This document shows positions 18,588 to 28,145 of a DNA stretch of 64,000 bases, piece after piece (within the stretch, counting starts at the first letter, position 1; each line of letters begins with the position of its first letter). The position numbers and the translations under genes were made by a program. The notes under the pieces are model-generated. The model saw only the letters and a list, made by a program, of their open reading frames with translations. It had not been told where the DNA came from and did not search any database. The stretch comes from an uncultured Gammaproteobacteria bacterium. GTDB taxonomy: Bacteria; Patescibacteriota; Patescibacteriia; UBA2591; UBA6264. The stretch spans positions 42,611-106,610 of the forward strand of contig CAZQVF010000003.1 in the NCBI GenBank assembly GCA_964596735.1. Direction: 5' to 3'.

Positions 18588-19820
18588 CTAATCTTTAATT
18601 AAACGGACTTTTTTAACCATCTGTTTTGTGGCCTTATCAACTATGAGCATGGCTCTTTTTATTTTTATCTTATCTCCTTTTTTAGGAATTTTATCAAGCC
18701 TGTTTTCAACAAATCCAGCAATTGTATTAAAACGTTCTTTAGGCAGATTTAAATGAAGAACACTATTGACTTCGTCAATCAAAGCCCGACCATCAATGCT
18801 GACTGACTTATCACTTATCTTTTTAATATAAACACTGGCTTTTTTCTTTTTATCAAAAATCTCTCCCACAATTTCTTCTAAAATATCTTGAACTGTGGCC
18901 AAGCCAACCACCCGGCCATATTCATTAACAACAATGGCCATGGGCGCATCTTTTCCTTCAAATTCAGTTAAGAGATCGTCTATTTCTTTGGAAATGGGAA
19001 CAAATAAGACAGGCCTAAGAACATTTTTAACTTTAACGTCTAATTTCTGATTCTTGGCATATTTTAAAACATCATCAACGTCTAATATGCCAATAATCTT
19101 ATCCTTGTTTTCATCTTCATAAACTGGATAAACAGAATACGGTGTTTTAACCACCTGCTCAAGCACGTCTTTTAATTTTTTATCACCACTAAACATTTCC
19201 ATATCCATCTTCGGGGTCATGATTTCTGTTACTTTTGTCCCTCTAAATTCTAAAACATTATGCATCATCTTAGCCGATTCTTTGGTTAATATCCCCTGTT
19301 CTTTACCCATCATCACAATGGTTTTCAATTCTTCTTCAGAAAGGTCTGCTTCTTGTTTTGAACCCAACAGCTTTGACATAATCCGGGAAATAAAACTGAA
19401 TATTTTAACAAAGGGTGTTAAAATATAGGCCAAAACCTCAATTAAACGAGCCACGGTCAAAGAAACTCTTTCGGCGTTTTGAGAAGAAAAAGTTTTCGGC
19501 GTTATTTCACCAAAAACCAATATCAAAAACGTCATTACTCCGGTAGCCACGCCCACCCCGCTAGAACCAAACAGATTTGTAAAAACCACTGTGGCCAATG
19601 CCGCGGCCCCAATATTAACAATATTATTACCAATTAAAATAGTAATGATTAATTTATTAGGATGTTGTTTTATTCGATACAAAGCGGCTGACCCTTTTTT
19701 CTTTTGCTTATACAAGGAATTAACCTTAATCATATTTAAAGACATCAAGGCTGTTTCCACGGCTGAAAAAAAGGCGGATAAGAAGATAAGAACGACTAAA
19801 ATTGCAATTTGATTTCCCAT
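18588..19820 (-). CDS. HlyC/CorC (CNNM) family transporter with CBS pair and CorC_HlyC domains.
   Basis: N-terminal DUF21 transmembrane region, CBS domains and a C-terminal CorC domain. Confidence 0.8.
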   Translation of the reverse strand: MGNQIAILVVLIFLSAFFSAVETALMSLNMIKVNSLYKQKKKGSAALYRIKQHPNKLIITILIGNNIVNIGAAALATVVFTNLFGSSGVGVATGVMTFLILVFGEITPKTFSSQNAERVSLTVARLIEVLAYILTPFVKIFSFISRIMSKLLGSKQEADLSEEELKTIVMMGKEQGILTKESAKMMHNVLEFRGTKVTEIMTPKMDMEMFSGDKKLKDVLEQVVKTPYSVYPVYEDENKDKIIGILDVDDVLKYAKNQKLDVKVKNVLRPVLFVPISKEIDDLLTEFEGKDAPMAIVVNEYGRVVGLATVQDILEEIVGEIFDKKKKASVYIKKISDKSVSIDGRALIDEVNSVLHLNLPKERFNTIAGFVENRLDKIPKKGDKIKIKRAMLIVDKATKQMVKKVRLIKD

Positions 19821-19867
19821 ATTAAATTATTACCCTATTATTTAATAAACTTATTAGTATAAACCTG

Positions 19868-20032
19868 TTAATCAGCGGTTTCATCAACCTCAACACCTGT
19901 CTCTGTCTCTGGTGTTTGTATTTGTATTCCTCCTGGTTCCCCTAACGACGGTGTTTTCCGTATTAAACAACCACTAAGTATTAATAAAAAACATAAAACC
20001 ATTAATGACATGAAAATTGTTTTTTGTTTCAT
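19868..20032 (-). CDS. Small lipoprotein, 54 aa; not in the ORF track.
   Basis: MKQKTIFMSLMVLCFLLILSGC signal peptide with an LSGC lipobox, followed by an acidic tail. Confidence 0.4.
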   Translation of the reverse strand: MKQKTIFMSLMVLCFLLILSGCLIRKTPSLGEPGGIQIQTPETETGVEVDETAD

Positions 20033-20128
20033 ATATTTATTATATCATTACCCTGTATTTATACAAGCAAAAATAATTTAATTAAAAAATACCTAAACCA
20101 TGTTTAGGTAAAAATAACTAAAACTTAT

Positions 20129-20404
20129 TTATTTCACTATCTTAATCGCTTTTCCTTCCACCAATGCTTTGGTGATTTTTTTATAGGCTGAAGATAAAAT
20201 TCTTTGAAAAGTGCTGCGAGAGGTTTTCATTAGTTTAGCGCCCTCAGACTGATCCAGATCTTTTGCGTTCTTTAGCCTTAAGGCTTCTAGCTCTTCAGCT
20301 GTTAATTCAACCTCATCAAGCATTCTCATGGGCACCCCCTGAGGTTTAAAATAAACTATATTGGGATTAAACCCTATTCTTCGACAAAGTCTTGGTCTAG
20401 GCAT
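20129..20404 (-). CDS. DUF134-family putative DNA-binding protein.
   Basis: MPRPRLCRRIGF...FKPQGVP is the N-terminal signature of DUF134/UPF0251. Confidence 0.65.
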   Translation of the reverse strand: MPRPRLCRRIGFNPNIVYFKPQGVPMRMLDEVELTAEELEALRLKNAKDLDQSEGAKLMKTSRSTFQRILSSAYKKITKALVEGKAIKIVK

Positions 20405-20500
20405 AAAAATTGACTTAATTTTAAATTAATGCTAAAATTCTAACCAAAGAAGGTCCCTCTCTACCTCTTTTTCAAGAGGTAGAGATTCCAAGGCCTTCTT

Positions 20501-20761
20501 TTATTCTTTGGCCTCTAGCTTTTCTAAATATTCTTCTGCTCCCTTTAATTCTTCTTTTAAGTTATCAACATATCCTTTTGTGCCTGATAAATCATCTGAT
20601 TTACTATATGGACGATTACTAAAACCAAACCATCCGCACATACTTCTAAATCCTCTTTTTCCAAACATTCGACCACGGGCCATTCCACCACCGCAGGGAC
20701 CTCTGCCCCAGCCAGTGCCAGTGCCAAAACCCTGAGGCCCAGTTCCATCATATTTTGGCAT
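20501..20761 (-). CDS. DUF5320-like Gly-rich small protein.
   Basis: MPKYDGTGPQGFGTGTGWGRGPCGG N-terminus and a C-terminal coiled coil. Typically paired with DUF134. Confidence 0.55.
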   Translation of the reverse strand: MPKYDGTGPQGFGTGTGWGRGPCGGGMARGRMFGKRGFRSMCGWFGFSNRPYSKSDDLSGTKGYVDNLKEELKGAEEYLEKLEAKE

Positions 20762-21000
20762 ATATTTTAAATTAAATTGTTTAATTAACTATGATAGCCC
20801 AACCTTTATATTAACTATCTATTATAAGCATATACCCATAACTATCTTTTGTCAAACTAGTACCTGTGGATAAGTCTATCATTCAAAACTACATTAAATT
20901 TTAATTATAAATAAAAAAACGCGTTGCAATTTTACAACAACGCTAAATCATAAATAGCTTTCCACTATTTAAAGTAATAATTTCCAATAAACTATTTTAT

Positions 21001-21186
21001 TTATTCTCTATACTTCCAGTTCAAAATACAAAGTGCTCCGGCAGCTAAAAACCCAAGAACGCTTACCCATAAACCAAGACTGACATCACCTATTAATACT
21101 GGTAAAGCATAAATCACCCGTAAAAGGTGAAGTAAAGAGACAACCCCAAATACAATAGAGGAAATTGTCATTACTTTTTTTCTCAT
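21001..21186 (-). CDS. Small two-TM membrane protein, 61 aa.
   Basis: Hydrophobic ORF only. Confidence 0.3.
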   Translation of the reverse strand: MRKKVMTISSIVFGVVSLLHLLRVIYALPVLIGDVSLGLWVSVLGFLAAGALCILNWKYRE

Positions 21187-21258
21187 AAGCTATATTTAAT
21201 ATTAATTAGTATTAAAATAACAAACCTAATAAAAATACAAGTTATACTACTAATCTTT

Positions 21259-21558
21259 TTATCTTTCCTTTTTTTGTTCCCATTCAGCCGCAGCAGCGTT
21301 TATTTCATCTCGAGAAAATCCTAGATCAAGACATTTTTGTGTCAATTCTAGGACCCTTTCTCTTGCACTTGCCTTTAAAGCTTCTTTTGCTTGTTGTATG
21401 TCTTCTTGTGGAGTATCGGCTGGTATGCGGTCATCTCTTATATTACCTAAGACCTTTTCCTCAAATTGTAATGCCATATCTAGATCGCCAGCTACTAATA
21501 GCTCTTTTAAAACAGCTTGTTTTTGCTCTTCAATTGATTCTGGTTGTTCTATAGTCAT
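21259..21558 (-). CDS. Hypothetical acidic protein, 99 aa.
   Basis: ORF only. Confidence 0.35.
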   Translation of the reverse strand: MTIEQPESIEEQKQAVLKELLVAGDLDMALQFEEKVLGNIRDDRIPADTPQEDIQQAKEALKASARERVLELTQKCLDLGFSRDEINAAAAEWEQKKER

Positions 21559-21608
21559 AATATTTATTATTAATTATTATATTAAGATATAAGTCATAAA
21601 TTCTGAGT

Positions 21609-22382
21609 TCACAAAGCCATTGCTATCTTCTTGTTAGTAACTTCATAATTTATTATGCTCAAAAAATCAATTCTATCTTTTGGAATAATTTTATAGATCT
21701 TTGATAAATCTTTTTCATCAAAACCTATTAAAGTTAAATAGAAGTTTTTGGCAGATAAATAATTATCTAATTCTTTCAACGATTCTTGAAATAAATCAGA
21801 TCCAGTATTTTTGATAAAATTCTCTTTACTCGTTCCCTTTAAACACCCAGTTAAGATAAAGTGGTGTAAATTAAGAAATTCCCAGGGTTTGTTTTTTAAA
21901 AAACGATTTTCAACCAAGATAACATCTGAAAATAAAACAGTATCTTTTAGTCCTTTCTTATCTAAGGAATCTCTTAATTCTTTCCAGAATTCGCAATGAA
22001 TTGCAGGGGCTCCGCCCATAAAATGAAATACTTTAAGTTTTATGTTGAATTTGGGTTCAACTTTTTTCTTAAATTCAATAAATTTATCAACCAACTCATC
22101 TGCATTCATAGATAAATCTGCTTTCAAATTATCAACATAACAATAAGGACAATTTAAGGGGCAACCCGCCACTTGAACAATAAAGTGATTATCATAATCC
22201 TGCCAGTCACCGCCAAAAATTTCCGCCATTCTATAAGGAGATTTATCACCTCTATCATCATGAGCCTCCTTATCTTTTACTACAGTACAAATCCTAGCAA
22301 TATTATCATGAAAAACAATACCTGATGATTTCTCTACATCAATTTTCTGAGTTTTTCCTATTTTAGCTATTGGAACTTTCAT
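21609..22382 (-). CDS. Radical SAM protein, glycyl-radical activase-like. The likely start is ATG 22382; the track ORF uses a TTG at 22418.
   Basis: CxxxCxxC motif GCPLNCPYCY. Confidence 0.55.
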   Translation of the reverse strand: MKVPIAKIGKTQKIDVEKSSGIVFHDNIARICTVVKDKEAHDDRGDKSPYRMAEIFGGDWQDYDNHFIVQVAGCPLNCPYCYVDNLKADLSMNADELVDKFIEFKKKVEPKFNIKLKVFHFMGGAPAIHCEFWKELRDSLDKKGLKDTVLFSDVILVENRFLKNKPWEFLNLHHFILTGCLKGTSKENFIKNTGSDLFQESLKELDNYLSAKNFYLTLIGFDEKDLSKIYKIIPKDRIDFLSIINYEVTNKKIAMAL

Positions 22383-22466
22383 TACAAAAAATAGTTTTCC
22401 TTGCTTAAAACAAAACAACGATCTTTTATTGATGTGCCGTTGTGGTGTTTAATAAGACCTGAAGTT

Positions 22467-22724
22467 TTATTCAAACCTAGCTTTACTAAAATGATCAACT
22501 GCGTCTTGACTACTCCGTCTTGCTTCTCTAACTATTCTCTTAAATTCAGCCTCACTAATTCCTAAGTCATTGTAGGTAACAGTCCCTGATTCAATCTGTT
22601 GCTCAATCTTTTCAGCAATTTGATTTGCTTCATCAGTTGACATAATAGTTGACCTGAGTTTTTCAAGTAATGCTGTTGGATCTTCTTCTTGACCCAGGCT
22701 TTCAAAGGAATTTCTTTCTGCCAT
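22467..22724 (-). CDS. Hypothetical acidic protein, 85 aa.
   Basis: ORF only. Confidence 0.3.
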   Translation of the reverse strand: MAERNSFESLGQEEDPTALLEKLRSTIMSTDEANQIAEKIEQQIESGTVTYNDLGISEAEFKRIVREARRSSQDAVDHFSKARFE

Positions 22725-22840
22725 AATATATAATTTAAAACTTAGATTAACACTTAAAGATTATCATTTTTAGATATTCTGTCAAAATTTCTAAGCTCAG
22801 GCAATGGAACAACGTGGGAACCTGGATAGTCAGACAATCC

Positions 22841-23407
22841 TCATGTATTGTTGGTCGCCGACTTAATAACACTGAATATTGAATCATAATCAATGCTTTC
22901 AAAGTCTGTAGTGTCAATGTTAAAAACTTTGCCACCTATATTTAGGGCCAGATCCTCTCCTTTCAATAAAACTTCCTTGAATTCATCATAATTCTGATCA
23001 TCGACGTGGCCTGGATGTCGTTTGCCTGACTCAGAACGCTTTTTAAAACGTTTAAAGAGAATTTCACCGTCGGTTTTACACATTATTTGTAGTGGCTTAA
23101 AGTTATACTTTTTCTTTAAATCAAGGAATCTCTCGTCATCGAACTTTGGCTTAAAATTGCTTTCAATAATAATTGTCTGGCCTGCTTCAAGGAGTGATTC
23201 AATCAGTTGATACAAAATTTTGTAGCTTGTTATCCCGAGCTTTTTTGACCATTCACGATCTTTTATACCAAGCGAATCAAAGAGAGATTCCTTGATATCA
23301 TCTCGGCTGAATAGAGGTAAACGAAATTCTCTAGCAATCCTTTTGCCGAGCATTGTTTTCCCAGTACAAGAAGGGCCTGAAATGAGAATAAGCAAAGTTT
23401 TTGACAT
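22841..23407 (-). CDS. P-loop NTPase / small-molecule kinase (chloramphenicol-phosphotransferase-like AAA fold).
   Basis: Walker A ILISGPSCTGKT at the N-terminus. Confidence 0.55.
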   Translation of the reverse strand: MSKTLLILISGPSCTGKTMLGKRIAREFRLPLFSRDDIKESLFDSLGIKDREWSKKLGITSYKILYQLIESLLEAGQTIIIESNFKPKFDDERFLDLKKKYNFKPLQIMCKTDGEILFKRFKKRSESGKRHPGHVDDQNYDEFKEVLLKGEDLALNIGGKVFNIDTTDFESIDYDSIFSVIKSATNNT

Positions 23408-23930
23408 ATTTTTATTTTAACTAAGGCAACCAACTTCACATAACTCGTTGTTACACAAAATATTTTTGTATAATTGCATACAAATTGCAAAATCTCTAAG
23501 CTCCGTGTCTTGGACCAAATCCGAACTTTTTTTCGGGAAAATCCGCATACGGATTTTTAATTTCACCAAGCATTTCCGCCTGCCACCGCTTCGTTTCGGC
23601 CAGCAAAACAGAAAAATTTTCTAAACATTTTTAATAGCCCTCACGCAAAAATTTTTTAATTAAAGAAACGAAAATTTTTCTGTTTTACCTTTCCTCTAAC
23701 AAGGAAAGGCGGAAATACTTCCCACCGCAGTCCCGCTTTGCGGGACATCAGGCGGGCAAAAATTACTTCCCCCAAACCCCCTTCCTTTTTGCCCGCTTGC
23801 TTAGTATTGAGCCAAAAAATTTTGAAATAAAATGCCGTCGGGGTGGCGGGTGGGAATTAAAACTTTAACCCTTATTATTATCTTATCAAATCAGCTACAT
23901 ATTGAAAAAAGTCCTCTTATAACTACTATT

Positions 23931-24692
23931 TTAAACCTCACTGCCTTCTCCGCTAATTAACTTTCTGTAAACACAGTATTCACATTCTTCTCCAGGAGAA
24001 GGAATTTTGTTTGAATCTAAACAACTTTTAATTTCAAAAATAGTCTGCTCGACCCAAGAGTCATCGCCCTGATGAGAAATAATCGAGAGTTCAAATTCTA
24101 ATCTGCCATCAAATTTTGGTCGATTTCTGCCAGCATTAGCATAAACAAAATATCCTGTGTCACTAACTCTAAATCCATTCTGCCTAAAAATCCATTGATA
24201 AACTTCTATCTGTTTCTTGAATGTCTGTTTATATTCATCTTCTAAAGAAATTACTTTATTGGTACTGGTAGATTTATAATCAACAATTAAAAGTTCTTCT
24301 TTTTTATTTATCCAAATATCATCAATGATCCCACATATTTCAAGGTTTGTCTTTTTGTGTATGGTGGAAGCACCAACGAATTTATATACGTCGTCTCGCC
24401 AAATATGCAGATCGGGGTGACTAAAAGGGATCGCATCAATTTTATATTTTCTCATCAACTCATGAGTTTGATTACCTTCCCTTAATAGATCAAATTCATT
24501 CTTTAATAACTGGTCTACTGCACTATTTAACGACCAGCCGGGCATGCTAGGACGGCCTAATCCAAGTTTTCTGTCTAAATAAAAACATCTCTGACATTCT
24601 AAAAACAAACCAATCTTCGTCCGACTAATTCGAAAAGGTTCTTTGGAATTAGAATTGTATAAATTCTTTTGTCGTTTTCTATACTTATTCAT
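23931..24692 (-). CDS. Cas4/RecB-like PD-(D/E)xK nuclease with a four-Cys cluster.
   Basis: N-terminal CQRCFY, internal IVDYKS (D...K catalytic core) and C-terminal CEYC. This is the Cas4-like FeS nuclease architecture. Confidence 0.5.
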   Translation of the reverse strand: MNKYRKRQKNLYNSNSKEPFRISRTKIGLFLECQRCFYLDRKLGLGRPSMPGWSLNSAVDQLLKNEFDLLREGNQTHELMRKYKIDAIPFSHPDLHIWRDDVYKFVGASTIHKKTNLEICGIIDDIWINKKEELLIVDYKSTSTNKVISLEDEYKQTFKKQIEVYQWIFRQNGFRVSDTGYFVYANAGRNRPKFDGRLEFELSIISHQGDDSWVEQTIFEIKSCLDSNKIPSPGEECEYCVYRKLISGEGSEV

Positions 24693-24713
24693 CTTATTTT
24701 CTCGATTTTTTAA

Positions 24714-25475
24714 TTAAATTTTCGGGGACAGTCCTTTTAATTTAGGTTTGGCTAAACCATTCAAGTTATAAATAGTTTTTTTAATTAAACCAAGGCATTG
24801 CTGAATACTATGGTAAATCTCTTTTCCAGAAAATCTTAAAACACGCCAGCCATAACTGGTTAATTGATTGTTTCGTTTTCTGTCCCTGGCCAAAGCGTCA
24901 GGTAAAATGTGATATTTTTCACCATCACATTCAACATCAATGTTTCCTTTGTTACAAAATATTCCAAAATCTAAACAATAAAATTGATTATTAACTTTAA
25001 CATACACCTGCCTTTCAGTATCTATTTTATGTATTTTCATCATCTGATACATTTTTTCTTCTAATGGACTAGTATCGTATAAATCATTGATTTCTTTTGC
25101 TGTAAATAGTTTTTGTCGGCTGGTCGGAATATGAACAATCATTCTCCACTTTTTGCTCGGAATTGCTTGTGGCAACCTTCTAATCTGTCCTAAATGAAAT
25201 TGATAGTAATTCTCTTGAGCGTTTCTGTGTTCCAACTCTTTTGGAAAAAGCTGGATTCTTTTAATAGTGTCTATATTTGAAACCTTGGCATAATAAACTA
25301 CTTTATACTGATATTCTTCGCCAAAAGCCTTTGGGAAATAAAAAGCTATATACTCTGTCGCCGGAGTATTTTTAGGAGCTGATTTAACCGGGATGTGATA
25401 CCATTTCTTTTTCTGAATTATTGGCCAGAGACTCTTTCTAGGCACAATCCCGACTAAGGCTGGTTGTTTTCGCAT
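24714..25475 (-). CDS. Protein with a C-terminal DUF559 (Vsr-like endonuclease) domain.
   Basis: IDVECDGEKYH...RDRKRNNQLTSYGWRVLRFSGKEI matches the DUF559 restriction-endonuclease-like fold. Confidence 0.55.
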   Translation of the reverse strand: MRKQPALVGIVPRKSLWPIIQKKKWYHIPVKSAPKNTPATEYIAFYFPKAFGEEYQYKVVYYAKVSNIDTIKRIQLFPKELEHRNAQENYYQFHLGQIRRLPQAIPSKKWRMIVHIPTSRQKLFTAKEINDLYDTSPLEEKMYQMMKIHKIDTERQVYVKVNNQFYCLDFGIFCNKGNIDVECDGEKYHILPDALARDRKRNNQLTSYGWRVLRFSGKEIYHSIQQCLGLIKKTIYNLNGLAKPKLKGLSPKI

Positions 25476-25572
25476 AATTTTATTTATGAATTAAATTTTT
25501 AGGTTTTTGTTGTCAAATTTCCGCCAGAGGCGGATCCACTTTCAGCGGAAGCTTTATTTTAAGAACCGTCCC

Positions 25573-26067
25573 CTATTCTCTAGGAAAATTTTTTATAAAA
25601 GTTTGTATTGTGTTTATTATTTCTGTTTGATTTTTGTCGATCAAATCAATTTTTAAATTCAATATCTTTGCCTCACTAGCAATATTTTCAAATTCTCTAA
25701 ATTGCTGTTCCTGAATTGATATCGGATGTCTTAACTGTATCAGGGCGGTTACAATTACTACCGTTAAAGAAAAAATAATAGCTATAATACCAAAAATTTT
25801 GGCTTGCCTGAGCTGTTGATATTCTAGTAATCTAAACCTACCCTCGATAGATATCGTCCATATCGTTTCTCCTCCTGTTTTTGTAATTTCTGTTTTGCGA
25901 GTATTATAAACAAGCAATTTACCATATATAAGTTCCCCGACCCATAAATCTTTTTCATTTTGATTAAAGTTTAAGTCCTTCATGATCTGTCCCGAGGTAA
26001 ACTCTCTATGCTTTTGCGCATATTTTAGAATTTGGATATGTATATTTTTTCTTATTTTAGTACTCAT
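25573..26067 (-). CDS. Hypothetical protein with one TM helix.
   Basis: ORF only; possible N-terminal wHTH. Confidence 0.3.
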   Translation of the reverse strand: MSTKIRKNIHIQILKYAQKHREFTSGQIMKDLNFNQNEKDLWVGELIYGKLLVYNTRKTEITKTGGETIWTISIEGRFRLLEYQQLRQAKIFGIIAIIFSLTVVIVTALIQLRHPISIQEQQFREFENIASEAKILNLKIDLIDKNQTEIINTIQTFIKNFPRE

Positions 26068-26258
26068 ATTTCATATCTTTTTCTCAATTAAATTTTCGGG
26101 TTATTTTTATTCTCTGACCAGGTCGGACCTGTAAGGAAGTTTCATTCTTGGTTTTTGCTATTACCCAGCCATTTATTTCTTAACTCGTAATATTTAGCCC
26201 TCATTTAAAATTTCTTTCAATTTCCAAAAGATACTGCCCCCTTCACGAATAAGATCAT

Positions 26259-26900
26259 CTATAAGCTTCTCTGAATTGCTTTGTTTATATTGTTAGAAAT
26301 TTTAGAAAAATGTTTAGAAATCTTATTATATAATAATTGAATCCTACATGTGTCATCTACCATATCAATAGTATGATAAAAAAGTTTAAATAAAATTATA
26401 AAAGTTGAGAATAAGAAAATAAATGTAATACTATACTCTATAAAAATCCAATTACTCCTGTATGGTAAAAATGAAAATGAAAATATTATTATAGAAAATG
26501 CCGCTAACGTCCAGAATGAACCGATATAAATAGGATCGCGACGAAACTCAGATAAAACTTTCGTAGTACCTCTATCAGCTGCGTGCTGTATGCTAAAAAC
26601 CGCTAACGAAAACGCGATTGTTATTACCCCTACGATTGATGCCGCTACAGTAAAAAATAATTGGCCACCACTATTCGTCGACGCTTTTAATAAATAAAAA
26701 TTGATTTTATCCCAATGTAAAATGATAAAAAAAATACAAATAGAAAAAAATAATATCAATAAAATACTAAAGAAACTTATAATAAGTATCCTGTAAAAAT
26801 AATTTTTCACTAAATATAAGCTTAATTTTTTGATAATTATATCTATTTTTTTATAAAATTTTGAAGTCATGTTAGTTAAAAAATTAATAAATTTTTTCAC
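26259..26900 (-). CDS. Hypothetical multi-pass membrane protein.
   Basis: About 5 hydrophobic segments. Confidence 0.4.
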   Translation of the reverse strand: MKKFINFLTNMTSKFYKKIDIIIKKLSLYLVKNYFYRILIISFFSILLILFFSICIFFIILHWDKINFYLLKASTNSGGQLFFTVAASIVGVITIAFSLAVFSIQHAADRGTTKVLSEFRRDPIYIGSFWTLAAFSIIIFSFSFLPYRSNWIFIEYSITFIFLFSTFIILFKLFYHTIDMVDDTCRIQLLYNKISKHFSKISNNINKAIQRSL

Positions 26901-27498
26901 TTTGTTCTTGATTAATCAAATTAGAAAGCTGAATGTCAAACAATTCTTCTAGTTCTCGTTTTTCGATAATTCTTTTCCTATTAACATTTGGATTCGTATT
27001 TTCTCTATATAAACACTCATTCTTTCCTAAAAATAGAATCACACCAACCTCTTTTGTGCTGTTGTCATGGCCGCTAAAAAATGTACTTGGCCGACCGGCA
27101 AGGATCCACTTCCCATTAATCTTCCTATAAGTTTTTGAACCTCTAAGAGTATATTCGATAATATCTCTGGGAATATCTGCCATTCTTGTCCTTAAAAGGA
27201 GTATGCTTTTATAATTAGGATAATTGACAAATTTCTTATTAGCATCTTTTAGGTCTCCTTTAAACTGTCTGCCTTTTTGATTAGATTTTACCTCTATTAT
27301 AGAGGGATAACAAGTCTTACTTAGCGAATCCATTTTAAATACTGTATCGTCTTTAATTTCTATAACAATTTTGATATCGTCATTGACGATATCTGCCTTT
27401 TTGCCAACAAATTTATCAATATCACCATCTCTCCAACCAGGGTTTAAGACATTTAATTTTTTTATTAATTTTTCTTTGAATTCTTGTTCTGTAATCAT
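26884..27498 (-). CDS. Hypothetical protein, possibly a PD-(D/E)xK nuclease fold.
   Basis: ADIVNDDIKIVIEIKDD resembles a D...ExK catalytic core. Overlaps the downstream gene by 17 nt. Confidence 0.3.
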   Translation of the reverse strand: MITEQEFKEKLIKKLNVLNPGWRDGDIDKFVGKKADIVNDDIKIVIEIKDDTVFKMDSLSKTCYPSIIEVKSNQKGRQFKGDLKDANKKFVNYPNYKSILLLRTRMADIPRDIIEYTLRGSKTYRKINGKWILAGRPSTFFSGHDNSTKEVGVILFLGKNECLYRENTNPNVNRKRIIEKRELEELFDIQLSNLINQEQSEKIY

Positions 27499-27500
27499 TT

Positions 27501-28031
27501 TTAATCTAAACTTTTATTCTTTAAATTTAACTTTCCCTTATTTTCCTCTTTTAAAAACACATAAAAATAAGGTTTGCTATTATTATCCAAAATAATTCTT
27601 GCCTTTAGTTCCCCCAATCTGATCATCTTTTTGACCGTCTGATAATGGAAACCAAATTTATCCTTTAATTGCCACATTGCATACCAAATATCACTATCGT
27701 GACAAACTTTAGAGGAAATAATACCTTGATCTAATGCTTTTTGACATAAAAGACATTTGATTCCGTTTTTATCATACCAACTAGTTTTACCCTGAACAGA
27801 ATTTCCACAAATACAACAATTATAAATTTCTGATTCTGGTAAATGAAAACCTTTGGGATGTTGTTTTAATTTCTTTTTTCTAATTTTATCTCTAACGTTA
27901 ATTTTGTGTAAAATTTCAAAAGAATTAACAAGCCTTGTTCCTTGTTCTAAAGCTTCTTCGTCAGAAATTTCCTTACCAAATTCCTTTTTATAAATCCTTT
28001 TATATTCTTCTATAGATTTTTTTGAAAGCAT
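27501..28031 (-). CDS. Hypothetical Zn-ribbon protein.
   Basis: CCICGN...CLLCQ cysteine pairs. Confidence 0.35.
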   Translation of the reverse strand: MLSKKSIEEYKRIYKKEFGKEISDEEALEQGTRLVNSFEILHKINVRDKIRKKKLKQHPKGFHLPESEIYNCCICGNSVQGKTSWYDKNGIKCLLCQKALDQGIISSKVCHDSDIWYAMWQLKDKFGFHYQTVKKMIRLGELKARIILDNNSKPYFYVFLKEENKGKLNLKNKSLD

Positions 28032-28145
28032 ATTTCTTGTTTAATTAGATTAATTAAATCTCCTTCTCCCTTCAATCCCTTTAATCTACCTGACAAAATC
28101 CCTAATCTATGGTTTACATCTTCGACTAACTTTTTACAAATAAAA

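Noticed and set aside
22747-22935. 62-aa minus ORF overlapping the 3' end of the P-loop kinase gene
   Set aside because: It overlaps a better-supported gene, has no RBS and has odd composition.
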